Of a stretch of 64,000 nt of DNA, positions 44,317 through 59,112 are shown piece after piece (the stretch's first letter is position 1; each line of letters opens with the position of its first letter). Both the position numbers and the translations under genes were made by a program. This stretch comes from Octopus vulgaris. Taxonomy: Eukaryota. The stretch lies in assembly GCA_951406725.2 (NCBI GenBank), contig OX597817.1, forward strand, positions 14,074,001-14,138,000, given 5' to 3'. The notes beneath the pieces were generated by a model, which saw nothing but the letters and a program-made list of their open reading frames with translations, ran no database searches and was not told the DNA's origin.

Positions 44317-44463
44317 ATTAGGGTAATTACTTCATCCGAGTTTCTGATGGCTAGGAAACATATGTTGCCAGGATTTTATCTACCCCGTTCTCTCAATTTG
44401 GATTTTTATTCTCACACACAGCAACCCCAGCTGCTAACAGTAAACTATAAAATAGCTTTTTTC

Positions 44464-44872
44464 GTGGCTGTGTGGTAAGTAGCTTGCTAACCAACCACAT
44501 GGTTCCGGGTTCAGTCCCACTGAGTGGCATCTTGGGCAAGTGTCTTCTGCTATAGCCCCGGGCCGACCAATGCCTTGTGAGTGGATTTGGTAGACGGAAA
44601 CTGAAAGAAGCCCGTCGTATATATGTATATATATATATATATATGTGAGTGTGTGTGTGTTTGTGTGTCTGTGTTTGTCTCCCTAGCATTGCTTGACAAC
44701 CGATGCTGGTGTGTTTACGTCCCCGTCACTTAGCGGTTCGGCAAAAAAGAGACCGATAGAATAAGTACTGGGCTGACAAAAGAATAAGTCCCGGGGTCGA
44801 GTTGCTCGACTAAAGGTGGTGCTCCAGCATGGCCGCAGTCAAATGACTGAAACAAGTAAAAGAGTAAAGAGT
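44464..44872 (+). mobile_element. SINE family A
   Basis: Family match. Confidence 0.92.
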
Positions 44873-45295
44873 TATCGAACCTCGATATGGGAAAAATCTA
44901 TAACATTCTACGTCATTAAACCACTATTGTTCCTGAAAGTTGATTTTTATACCGTCTACGAACCGCTCAAAGTCTTCTAACTTCACACGCCTAGATCCTA
45001 ATTTTGATAATAATTATTACCTTTGAAGCTTTTTATTTCCATGCTGGCCACTTGATAAGATCGTTATTTAATTTAAATTAACGATCTTATCCTTATTTAT
45101 ATAAATTTAAATTTATTTCGTCATTGTATTTACTGCGGTGATGTTTTAACCATATCGCACATGGAATTAAAAAGCGAGCGTTTTAAACAGGTCATGTTGC
45201 ATACGTGCATATATATATGTATGTATACGTTCGTATAACTAAGTATTCGTATGTTGTATGTATGTATATATGTATTTATGTTTCTCTCTGCGTAT

Positions 45296-45354
45296 ATTCA
45301 ACTGATGAGGCAAAGCATTTCTAAATGCAAAGCCAGAAATCCAAGATCAGGAAT
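45296..45354 (+). ncRNA. Type I hammerhead motif, stem I damaged
   Basis: attcaa-CTGATGA-ggc...gcc-a-GAAA-tccaaga-TC^aggaat. Confidence 0.5.
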
Positions 45355-45476
45355 TAAAAAGCGAGCATTTTAAACTGGTCATGTTACATACGTGCATATA
45401 TATGTATACATTCGTATATGTAAGTATTCGTATGTTGTATGTATGTATATATGTATTTACGTTTCTCTCTGCGTAT

Positions 45477-45534
45477 ATTCCACTGATGAGGCAAAGCATT
45501 TCTAATGCAAAGTCAGAAATCCGGGATCTGGAAT
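45477..45534 (+). ncRNA. Type I hammerhead ribozyme motif
   Basis: attcca-CTGATGA-ggc-aaagcatttctaatgcaaa-gtc-a-GAAA-tccggga-TC^tggaat; 6-bp stem I. Confidence 0.7.
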
Positions 45535-45671
45535 TATCCAGTAATTTTTTACTAGTTTTATTTTCTCTTTTCGTCTTCTCTCCTTGTGCTATATGAACAG
45601 TTAAGGTGTTTTAGAGTCAGATCCTGGCTGCTATTTTCGGCATGGCGGTATCTCGTAGATACCCTAAATTA

Positions 45672-45707
<36 letters not shown>

Positions 45708-45750
45708 TATATACATACATATATGTACATTCCTACATATACATGTATAT

Positions 45751-46066
45751 ATGGGTACAGGACATCAAAAAACCGTTGAACACTATGAGAAACGAAAACA
45801 TAAAAACAAAAACATAGAAAACGAACTTTTTTTCGAACAACGGAAAAAACAGAGAAACGAGACATGCAGCATAAAGAATATTCCTCTTCATCAGTTGTCC
45901 CTGTTTCATCTACTCCGCGTTCGAAGGTAAGGACAATACGCGACTACTTGAAATAGTACTTCCCGCAAAGCAAATTAAATAAAATTTGGGACTTTTTGCG
46001 GAGAGTGAAAGTGGTAACAAGAACAGGACAGTAAAAACAAATAGTGATGGCTGTTAAGCCAAGACG
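45751..46066. mobile_element. Dispersed repeat in (TA)n, homologous to 53199-53560 (possible Penelope-like terminal region)
   Basis: Shared gtacaggaca...atgagaaacgaaaacata...gtttcatctactc...tcgaagg...tggtaacaa...ggctgttaa; family assignment is inference. Confidence 0.55.
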
Positions 46067-46107
46067 ATATATATAAATATATATATATATATATGTATGT
46101 ATGTATG

Positions 46108-46164
<57 letters not shown>

Positions 46165-46773
46165 GTATGTATGTATTTATATATATATATATGCATATAC
46201 ACATACATACATATGTGTGAGTATGCATATGTTTATGCAAAGACAGATAGATAGATAGATAGATAGATAGACAGACAGACTATAGTTTTGAGGAATAGGA
46301 TCACGAAGTACCTATAAAACTTTAAATAATATCATGCAAATATTCGGTTGAGCAACCCTTCTGAATAGAAAAAGTCCAAAGCTGCCCGTTGGACACGAAC
46401 CCACATCAACGTAAACATGACATGTGTGTGTATGTGGTAGGTGTTGTCAGTGTGTGCTTATACATGTAGTGACTACCTAACTGAGATACGCTTCTTATTT
46501 GTCCTTTTTTTTCTCTCTACGTATCTAACCTATCCGTAGAAGAACGTGTGCTCGAAGCATTAAAGGCTTCTTCCAGTTTCCTAAGGGTTAAACCTAATAC
46601 ACACTCTTTGCTTGTCTTTTTACCTCCCACTGTAGTTTCTCTTTAATTTTTGTAGTGTATACATATATGTGTGTGTGTGTGTGGGTGTGTGGGTGTGCAT
46701 GTGTGTGTGTGTATATGTGTGTGTGCTTGTGTATGTATGTATGTATCTATGTATGTATATATATATATCTTTG

Positions 46774-46820
<47 letters not shown>

Positions 46821-46825
<5 letters not shown>

Positions 46826-47146
46826 GAAATGAAGAAAATGCTGACAAAATAATTTAAGTAATTTAAGTAATTTAATTAGGTGAAAGTTCTTTTCACCGGT
46901 TGCGCATTTGTTATGCTTATCAAAAGATGTTTTTTTAAGAGAGATAGAGTTCCTTTCTGATATATTTTTTCCTCTTTCCTTTATATATAAGAGGAAAAAA
47001 TCTATCAGAAAGGAACTCTATCTCTCTTAAGAAAAACATCTTTTGATAAGCATAACAAATGCGCAACCGGTGAAAAGAACTTTCACCTAATTAAATTACT
47101 TAAATTACTTAAATTATTTTGTCAGCATTTTCGTCATTTCCTTTTT
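46821..47146. repeat. Near-perfect ~325-bp palindrome between TA-rich tracts
   Basis: Arms 46821-46976 and 46989-47146 are reverse complements with few mismatches. Confidence 0.93.
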
Positions 47147-47181
47147 TATATATCACAACTTGTGTTCCACATCTCCATTTT

Positions 47182-47224
<43 letters not shown>

Positions 47225-47247
47225 TTGTATGTATGTGTGTATGTATG

Positions 47248-47294
<47 letters not shown>

Positions 47295-47304
47295 TTTTCC
47301 TTTT

Positions 47305-47352
<48 letters not shown>

Positions 47353-47528
47353 CACAGAGAGAGAGTGAGTGAGTGAGTGAGTGAGAGAGAGAGTATATAT
47401 ATACGACGGGCCTCTTTGAGTTTCCGTCTACCAAATCCACTCACAAGGCTTTGGTCGCCCTGAGGTTATAATGGAAGACACTTGCCCCGGAGTGAGACTG
47501 AACCCAAGGCCAAGTTGTTGGGGAATTT

Positions 47529-47560
<32 letters not shown>

Positions 47561-47650
47561 CCTCTCTGTCTGTCTCTCTCTCTGTATATATATATATATA
47601 TATATATATACGACGGGCCTCTTTGAGTATTATATATATATATATATATA

Positions 47651-48166
<516 letters not shown>

Positions 48167-48629
48167 ATGATATGAGGAGAGCTAGAAAATTGCAGTATCA
48201 TGTAGATGGAGAGATGGGGCGTGAGAGCTGCAAGTGGCACCTATTTTGTAATATAATCAACGAAATGCAGTAAACTGCAGTTATAGTTCAGAACGGCATC
48301 AAAAGCTCCTTAGGAAAAAAAAAAACATCATCTCTTACATACGTATATGTAAAAGATGACTTAGTCTCTTGAGGCAAATGTTCATTTGCTCACTTGGTCG
48401 GTGCATCAACTCTACTTCCAATCTATTATTATTAAGCTGTATGCTGTCATCAAGCTTATGCAAACACACAGCTTATTCGGCTTGCACCGATCAAAAAAAG
48501 GAAACAAAAACACGGGGAACAAAAGAGCTTGAATTGCAATAAGAGTAGCCATCCACTTCTGAAGGCAAAGCCTCACTTACTGCGTTTGCCCCTGCGCAAC
48601 TCGATGTCTTCTCGCATTACAAAACATAT

Positions 48630-48928
48630 TAGAAGACGAAGAAGGAGAAGAAGAAGAAATGAAAAGGGAAGAGGAAGGAGAGGAGGAGGAAGGAAGAGAA
48701 AGGGAGAGATGGAGGAAGGAGGAAAGAAAGGAAGGGAGGAAGGAAGGAAGGAAGAAAGGAAGAAAGAAAGAAAGAAAGAAAATTAGAAAGAAAGAAAGAC
48801 AGAAAGAAAGGAAGGAAGAAAGGAAGGAAGGAAGAAAGAAAGAAAGAAAGAAAGATAGAAAATTAGAAAGAAAGACAGAAAGAAAGAAAGGAAGAAAGGA
48901 AGAAAGAAAGAAAGAAAGAAAGGAAGAC

Positions 48929-48959
<31 letters not shown>

Positions 48960-49214
48960 AGAAGAACAAGAAGAACAAGAAGAACAAGAAGAAGAAGAAG
49001 AAGAAGAAGAAGAAGAAGAAGAAGAAGAAGAAGAAGAAGAGGAAGGAGAAGGAGAAGAAGAAGAGATAAGCATGGGGGAAGAAGGCAGAGGAGGATAAAG
49101 AAAGATAGATATTAAGAAAGGAATAAAGAGAGGGGAGAAGTGAGAGTTTGAAGAGAGAAAAAAAGAAAAGACGCAGGAATACTGAGATGGATAAAGAGAT
49201 GAAGGAATACGTTC

Positions 49215-49259
<45 letters not shown>

Positions 49260-49290
49260 CAGTAGCAGCAGTAGCAGTAGTAGTAGCAGC

Positions 49291-49331
<41 letters not shown>

Positions 49332-50700
49332 CAGCAGTAGCAGTAGTAGTAGTAGTAGTAGTAGTTGTAGCAGCAGCAGTAGCAGCAGTAGCAGTAGTAG
49401 TAGCAGTAGTTGTAGTAATAGTAGTAGTAGTAGTAGTAGTAGTAGTTGTTGTAGTAGTAGTTGTAGTAGTAGTTGTAGTAGTAGTAATAGTAGTAGTAGT
49501 AGTAGTAGTAGAAGTAGTAGTAGCAGTAGTAGCAGTGGTGGTGGTGGTGGTGGTGGTGGTGATGGTGGTGGTGGTGGTGGTCGTCGTCGTCGTTGTGGTG
49601 GTGGTGGTGGTGGTGTGTGGTGGTGGTGGTGGTGGTGGTGGTGGTGGTGGTGGTGGTGGTGGTGGTGGTGGTGGTGGTGGTGGTGGTGGTGGTGGTGGTG
49701 GTGGTGGTGGTGGTGGTGTTGGTGGTGGTGGTGGTGGTGGTGGTGGTGGTGGTGAAGAGGCGGAGAGGTAAGATGAGTGGAAGCCATACATGCTAGGTGC
49801 GTGTTGAGACAATTACGGGTGAGACGCCTTAAGTAGACTGCTTTCCTTTAAACATTCACCGTCAGCAGCGACAGCAACGCCAGCACCGTCAGCGCCGTCA
49901 GCGCCAGTCAGCACCGTCAGCCCCGACACTACCACCACCACTGTCACCTCCTTCATCATCACCATCGTCACTACAACCATCACCCATACCAGAAGTATCA
50001 CCATCATCACCACCACAATGGCCGCCCTCACCACCGCCTCCACCACCACCACCACCACCACCACCACCACCACCACCACCACCATCACCACCACTACCAC
50101 CATCACCATCACCCACCACCACCACCACCATCACCACCACCACCACCGCCACCACCACCACCACCACCATCACCACCACTACCACCATCACCATCACCAC
50201 CACTGCCGCCGCCACCATCACCACCACCATCACTACTGTCATCACCACCACCACCACCGCCACCATCACCACCACCACCATCACCACCACTGCCACCATC
50301 ACCATCACCACCACTGCCGCCGCCACCATCACCACCACCATCACTACTGTCATCACCACCACCACCACCGCCACCACCGCCACCATCACCACCACCACCA
50401 TCACCACCACTACCACCATCACCATCACCACCACCACCACAACCACCATCTCTCCCACCACCACCATCACCACCACCACCATCACCACCACTACCACCAT
50501 CACCATCACCACCACCACCACAACCACCATCTCTCCCACCACCACCACCACCATCTCTACCAGCACCGCCATCACCACCACCACCACCACCACCACCACC
50601 ACCACCACAACCACCATCTCTCCCACCACCACCACCACCATCTCTACCAGCACCGCCATCACCACCACCATCACCACCACCACCACCACAACCACCATCG
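48630..50700. repeat. Low-complexity block: purine-rich (GAAA/GAA)n, (GTA/GCA)n, (GGT)n, spacer, (ACC/ATC)n
   Basis: Direct reading. Confidence 0.95.
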
Positions 50701-51061
50701 CCATATTCACATATAATGCAATTGAACAATCAATTTAATTTTCTTAACATGATCTTCTTACATTGTTTTCAATTGTAACTGTGTTGTTGCTTTAAAAAAA
50801 TGAAAAAAAGTGTTCTTTTTTCTTTTACTGGGTCAGCGCGTATATATACAAAAACACAAACATACAAAGCCAAGTACACGCACACACATATACATACGTA
50901 CGTACGTACATACGTACATACATACACGTAAATACATTATACATACATACATACATACATACATACATACATACATACATACATACATACATTCATAATA
51001 CATACATACATGTACATCGTGTGTGTGTGTGTATATATATATATATACGCACACACATATG

Positions 51062-51117
<56 letters not shown>

Positions 51118-51206
51118 GATAACATAACGTACATATATAAATACACACACATATATATATATACATATATATTATATATATATATACATATATATTATAT
51201 ATATAG

Positions 51207-51343
<137 letters not shown>

Positions 51344-51674
51344 GCACACACACACACACACACACACACACGCAGAAACATACAGAGATAACACATACGT
51401 ATATAGATAAGATATATCCACAGACATAAGCATCTATGTTCAATAACCAATACACACTTCTCTACTTCTTCCTATTGTTCGGAGTACATCAGTACTAAAA
51501 GTTTCTCGACAAACTAGCTGCCGTTCCATTAGTAGGAAATGAAAGGAAATTAGCGAAAGACAAGCTGAAATACATGCTGTGAAGTGATTTGATCTCAGTT
51601 GTGTGTAACCTGTCAAACTGCCCATCTATTTCTGACTGTAAGTAAATATTGTTGTATCGTGGGGCCGGTTACTT

Positions 51675-52378
51675 AATTACAGCTAAGTGTTTCGTCTGGA
51701 GATCATAATGATGAGACCAAATTTCATCCATGTTGACTAAACGAGCCATAAAATCAACCACTCCCACTGCAAATCGGTCCCAAATCACCTCTGAGGTTGT
51801 CAATTTGATGCACTTCTCATCTGCGTTCAAGCATTTCGGCAGCCATTTTGCGGAAAGCTTTCTCCTGCCTGGAAAGTTGTACTTGACGTAGCCAACTCTT
51901 CCTCGGGTCATATCCAAGGTCGCAGCTGTGACTTTTGTTGACATAGGCAGTGCTCTAGAATCATGACGTGCACAGCATTAGCCGTTTCCTCTGTGGTCGC
52001 TGAAGTTAGCCGTCCTTACTTGGGTTCATTTGTGACCTCGAAATGACCAGTGCCAAATCTTGACACACCCAGATTTTCACTGTGGAGTAAGCAGGGTAGC
52101 CATCCTTCAAGACTTCCTTCACCTCATCATACATTTCCGCCACTCTTTTGATTTGCAAAACCAGAAAATGCATGACCACCTGTGCTTAAAGTTTACCAAA
52201 ATTTGCTGTAGGAGCTACCATTATGCGTTAAATCAGGAAAAAGAGAAAGATATATTGGATGCCATCATGATTTTTTTGCACATTTTCTCCAAAATAGTTG
52301 TTCCACCTACCCTGAAAAGGTAACAATTCTACCCTTTCGCGATACTCTTAAAGCCGGAAATTTTTCAGCACTCCTTCG
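51675..52378 (-). mobile_element. Mariner transposon 5' fragment (pseudo-transposase)
   Basis: RKLSAKWLPKCLNADEK and LVNMDEIWSHHYD (first catalytic D region); TIR at 52350-52378. Confidence 0.8.
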
Positions 52379-52383
52379 TGTGT

Positions 52384-52478
<95 letters not shown>

Positions 52479-52551
52479 TGAATGTGTGTATGATATATGT
52501 GCGTGTGTATGAGTAGACATATGCTTATCATCCTAGCTACATTTATACATG

Positions 52552-52583
<32 letters not shown>

Positions 52584-52917
52584 CATATATGTATATATAT
52601 TTGCAATGGGGTAACGATCCGGTGAAAGAAGAATATTTAGTACAAATTCTGAAAGCAATAGCTCATTTAAGCCGGTTCTGAGAGGCCTGGAACTCTGGTC
52701 CGGCTTAAACAAACTATGTGCATGTCTATATGCGCGCGCGCCTGTATGTGTATATGTGTATGCGTGTGTGTGTGTTTGTTTGCATGTGTGTGTGCGCGCG
52801 CGTGTTCATGTGTGTGCATATATATTTATGCGTGTATGTGTGTATGTATGTGTGTGACCGCGGACGTGTGAGGTGCGTATGTATGTGTGCTGATATAATT
52901 ACATACAAAGAGTTTCA

Positions 52918-53072
52918 AGGAGTGGCTGTGTGGTTACTAGCTTGCTTACCAGCCACATAGTTCCGGGTCCCACTGCGCGGCACCTCGGACAAGTGTCTTC
53001 TACTTTAGCGTCGGGCCGACCAAAGCCTTGTGAGTGGATTTGGTAGACGGAAACTGAAAGAAGCCCGTCGTA

Positions 53073-53127
<55 letters not shown>

Positions 53128-53894
53128 AATAAAACATATGCATATATATAAACATATATGTACGTACCTACCTCTACATGTACATATACACGCATTTATG
53201 AGTACAGGACACCAAAAGGACGTCGAACACAATGAGAAACGAAAACATAGACACAAACCAAAGGAACTGGACATTTTTTTAAAAACAGCAAAAAAAAAAT
53301 AGAGTACAGGACAATTAACACAAAGAAAAAAACCCTTCTTCAGTCGCTAAAGGTTTCATCTACTCTACGTTTCGAAGGATAAAAGCGAGACGTATCTTCG
53401 ACAAGAAACAATTCATTCCTGCGAAAAGCAAATCAATTAAAATTCTGAGATCTTTTCGCAGAGGGGTAAAAAATGGTAACAACAGGACAGTAACGACAGT
53501 ACAAATTATAAACAGTGAAAGACAGGACAAGGAAAAACAAAATAAGAAGGGCTGTTAACGCAGAATTTTTTATGGACGACGAGCGGAGCAAAAAGAATGT
53601 CGTCCATTACCTTGAGAGGGCTAGGCCAGAGAGACAGCAGCGGAAGTGACGTCGCGGGTGAACGACGGGAAGGGGGGAGGAGGAGCAAGAGAAAGGGTGA
53701 GAAGAAGGGGAATGGCTGCGAGGAAACCATGAAGGATGGAGAGGGGGAGAGAGAGAGTGAAGAATGAGAGAGAGGAAGAGACAAGTTAATTAGAGGAAAA
53801 GGAAATCAAAGAATGAAGGGTGAGAAAGGGATGGGACAGAAAGGTTAAGAGTGCGCGTCAGAGTTAATATCAAGAACAAAAACTTGATATAAAG

Positions 53895-53953
<59 letters not shown>

Positions 53954-54137
53954 GTGTGTGTATATGTTGTGTATCTGTGTTTGTTCACCGCAACATTGCT
54001 TGACATCCGATGCTAGTGTGTTTAGGTCCCCGTAACATAGCGGTTCGGCAAAAGGGACCGATAGAATATTCGACTAAAGGAGGTGCTCCAGCATGCCGCA
54101 GTCAAATGACTGAAACAAGTAAAAGAGTAAAAGAGTA
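52918..54137 (+). mobile_element. SINE family A split by a ~750-bp insertion in its internal (TA)n
   Basis: Head at 52918-53072, tail at about 53965-54137. Confidence 0.75.
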
Positions 54138-54853
54138 GAAGTTAAGTTAGTTTAATAGGAAATAACAGTTTGGAGGTATAAGGCGTCCTGGCCATGCCGA
54201 GTACCTCTGAATTTGTTCTTCGATATTTTCCCAAAAATTTCAGTCAGCTGATCTCACAAGAATGATCTTACTCGTTTAAATTATTATGATTTTTATTTTT
54301 TAAGCTTTCTTTTTTCAGGTTATAACTTCACCTGCGGAGAGTTTTATTTTTATCGATTTTTCTTTACTCTGTGAATAACATTAGTCGAAGTTTTTCACCT
54401 CACTTTATGACATATGTGAGACAATATATTTAGTATGCAGAAAACTTCCCTCGTGTTATTTCCCTTCGGTCATATTGATGATATTTCTCATCGATTCAAT
54501 CTCCATTACGGTTTCATTTTTATATTTTGATTCTTTGTCATTTTTTTCTTATCTACACTGCCTCCAGGTATGTAAGTTCGAAACTGTGTCATGAGCATAG
54601 CGCCAATGATTGAATTTACATACATACATACTTACATATAAATGTGTGTGTGTGTGTGCGTATGTATGTATGTATATTACTCTCTCTCTCTCTCTTTCTT
54701 TCTCTCTTTCTCCGGCACTTATGAAACACACATATACATACATACGTACGTACACACTTGTGCTCACCTATATATATATATCATGTTGATTCGCTAGCCT
54801 CTGCACGCATATTTTTTCTCTCCTTGTTTCTTTCTGTGTTTATTTTCTGTGTA

Positions 54854-54891
54854 TCTTTCTGTTGAAGAGCGTAGGCTCGAAACGTAAAAGA
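54854..54891 (+). ncRNA. Minimal hammerhead-like motif with variant core
   Basis: tcttt-CTGTTGA-A-gagc-gtag-gctc-GAAA-cg-TA-aaaga. Confidence 0.55.
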
Positions 54892-54986
54892 CTTGTTTTA
54901 TTTATATTCCTGAGCGCCATACTAATACAATTGTTTGTTTGTATTCCACCTGCCTTCGTCTTTTGTTTATTTTCATAAAGCTTCCC

Positions 54987-56337
<1,351 letters not shown>

Positions 56338-56427
56338 AGTGAGAAACAAAAAGGATAAAATGAGCTATAGAAGTGAAGTTATTCCAGTTAGGTCTATTTC
56401 ATAGATTTAGTGGTATGCTTTTCACCT

Positions 56428-56773
56428 TTTATTGTTTCAATCACAGGATTGTGGCCATGCTGGAGCACCGCCTTGAACGGTTTATTTGAACAAATCGACC
56501 GTAATACATGTTTTTCAAACCTGCTACCTATTCCAACTGTCTTTTTTGCCGAACCGCTAAGTCATGGGACATAAACAAGCCAGTGCCGGTTGGCAAGTAA
56601 TATGGGGGTGATAAACACAAACACAAAGATAGACGAGCTTCCATACAGTTTCCATCAACCAAATTCACTCAGAAACCGTTAGTCAGTCCAGACACTCGCA
56701 CTAGTTGCTGCGCTGTGGGACTGAACCCGAAACCACGTCGTTCAAAGTGAGCGTCTTAACCACACAGCCATGC
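56428..56773 (-). mobile_element. SINE family A, diverged
   Basis: ggccatgctggagcaccgcc ... gggactgaaccc ... ccacacagcca. Confidence 0.75.
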
Positions 56774-57301
56774 CGACGACTATGTTGAACTTTATTAATG
56801 TGTCCTTTTTCTTATGTAAAACAGTAGAATGTGGTTAGAGGCAGATTTGGCTGTTCTAGCATTTCAAGCAACTATGTAGATGCTAGTTACTAAGAATTTA
56901 ATTGAATTCATCTATCTTTATTTGTCTTTAATCCTATTTTATACATGCTTTGAAATCGGGAATGGTGGATTTTGAATTCTGAAAATAGATTACAGTTTTT
57001 CTAATTCGTTTTTCATGTAAAATTTATGCCTTGTCTGTTATGTTAAAAATCTAGTTTGCTTTTAATTAACAAACGAATATCGACGTCTGTATTTTCTTTA
57101 GGGTAAATTATTTATTTAAATCTATTTTAGTCGCTCATTCAAATCTACTGCTCTTTCTGCCAGGTCATCCACCTTTTATATTGAATATCAATTTCAAGAA
57201 TGCACGATATTTTTATAGTTTAGCTTCAATTTGAGAGCCAAAGCCTGATTGTTTTAGGAACTTAAACTATTACAACAGCTATTATATTTGATATAATTAT
57301 T

Positions 57302-57861
57302 CTCTCCTACGCTAGACACAAGGCCCGAAATTTTGACAGGGAGGGAGCCAGTCGATTAGATCGACCCCAGTACGCAACTGGTTCTTAATTTATCGACCCC
57401 GAAAAGATGAAAGGCAAAGTCGACCTCAGCAGAACGCAAAGGCAAACGAAATACCTATTTCTTTACTACCCACAAGGAGCTGAGGACAAACAAGGACAGA
57501 CAAACGGATTAAGTCGATTATATCGACCCCAGCGCGTAACTGGTACTTATTTAATCGACCCCGAAAGGATGAAAAGCAAAGTCGACCTCGGCGGAATTTG
57601 AACTCAGAACGTAGCGGCAGACGAAATGCCTATTTCTTTATTACCCACAAGGGGCTAAATACAGAGAGGACAAACAAGGGCAGACAAACGGATTAAGTCG
57701 ATTACATTGACCCCAGTGCGTAACTGGTACATATTTAATCAACCCCGAAAGGATGAAAGGCAAAGTCGACCTCGTCGGAATTTGAACTCAGAACGTAGTG
57801 GCAGACGAAATACCGCTAAGCATTTCGCCCGGCGTGCTAACATGTCTGCCAGCTCGCCGCC
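57302..57861 (-). mobile_element. SINE family B trimer
   Basis: 20-bp TSD ttataWttgatataattatt (57282-57301 / 57862-57881); the last unit has the second tail type. Confidence 0.9.
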
Positions 57862-57901
57862 TTATAATTGATATAATTATTGGTAATACATTGCGATGGT
57901 T

Positions 57902-58160
57902 GGAGGCGCGTGGCTTAGTGGTTAGGGTGTCAGCATCGTGATCGTAATATTGTGGTTTCGATTCCTGGACCGGGTGACGCGTTGTGTTCTTGAGCAAAAC
58001 ACTTCATTTCACGTTGCTCCAGTCCACTCAGCTGGCAAAAATGAGTAACGCTGCGATGGACAGGCGTCCCGTCCAGCTGGGGAACACATACGCCATTGGA
58101 ACCGGGAAACCGGACCCATGAGCCTGGCTAGGCTTTAAAAGGGCGCATTTATTTATTTTC
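57902..58160 (+). mobile_element. SINE family D
   Basis: TSD aatacattgcgat (57885-57897 / 58161-58173). Confidence 0.88.
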
Positions 58161-58487
58161 AATACATTGCGATAGGCAAAGCCACTGCAATATTTATCCG
58201 GAGTATTTTCTAATGATAAAGCGCCATGAGACAGAAATGCATCGAGCATTCTTACCAGCCGCTGTTAAGGGGACTTTTGTCTGCCTTCGATGTATTTTGT
58301 ATGTTTGCACACAGCACCTCCACATGGGATATTATCTCAGGACACATACCGCGGTAAATTTGCTCAGCACAAGCTATCAATATTAAGTATGATACACAAA
58401 TGGCTATTTTAATCTAATACTGTTTTTATAGCATATAACGATTTTAAAAGTATTGTTTTACTGAGCATTGTGATTAGTAGCGCTTTT

Positions 58488-58557
<70 letters not shown>

Positions 58558-58565
58558 AATCTATC

Positions 58566-58596
<31 letters not shown>

Positions 58597-58606
58597 CTAT
58601 CTATCA

Positions 58607-58660
<54 letters not shown>

Positions 58661-58673
58661 ATATCTATTTATC

Positions 58674-58704
<31 letters not shown>

Positions 58705-58712
58705 CTATCTAT

Positions 58713-59112
58713 CCGCTCAGTCGAAGTCGACTCTCGGTTACTCGATGGATCAGTATCCTTCAGTCAGTTCTATCCTGGGCCGCTTCTTTCAGATTGGCTA
58801 TGTCCATTCCGGTATCACTCTTGATGGTGTCAAGCCAGCTGGTTCTTGGTCGGCCTCTTCCTCTCTTGCCACTGACCATTCCGATGATGATGTCCTTCTC
58901 CAGGGATTTTCTCCGCATAATATGACCAAAATATGCCAAACTATACTTGGTGATCCTAGCTTCTAGTGACATTTTCGGCCTGATCTGCTTAAGAACTTCT
59001 CCATTGGTGAGCCTCGCTGTCCATGGAATCCGTAAAAGTCTTCTCCAACACCAAAGCTCAAATGCATTAATTCTCTTCTGGTCAGCTTTCTTTAGTGTCC
59101 AGGTCTCGCATC
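58713..59112 (-). pseudogene. RTE-clade LINE 3' end running into (GATA)n
   Basis: LAYFGHIMRR, GKRGRGRPRTSWLDTIK, AAQDR; (TATC)n at 58488-58712. Confidence 0.85.

Larger units (their letters stand above)
45162..45536 (+). repeat. Two-unit tandem repeat (187 and 180 nt), each unit ending in a hammerhead motif
   Basis: Units begin ggaattaaaaagcgagc at 45163 and 45350. Confidence 0.85.

Noticed and set aside
48577-50729. Poly-P/T/H/V/G ORFs up to 411 aa
   Set aside because: Simple repeats open in several frames; no splice or domain evidence
52666-52709. 10-bp inverted repeat enclosing CTGAGAG...GGAAC...GTC
   Set aside because: Core is incomplete and the copy is single; at best a decayed motif
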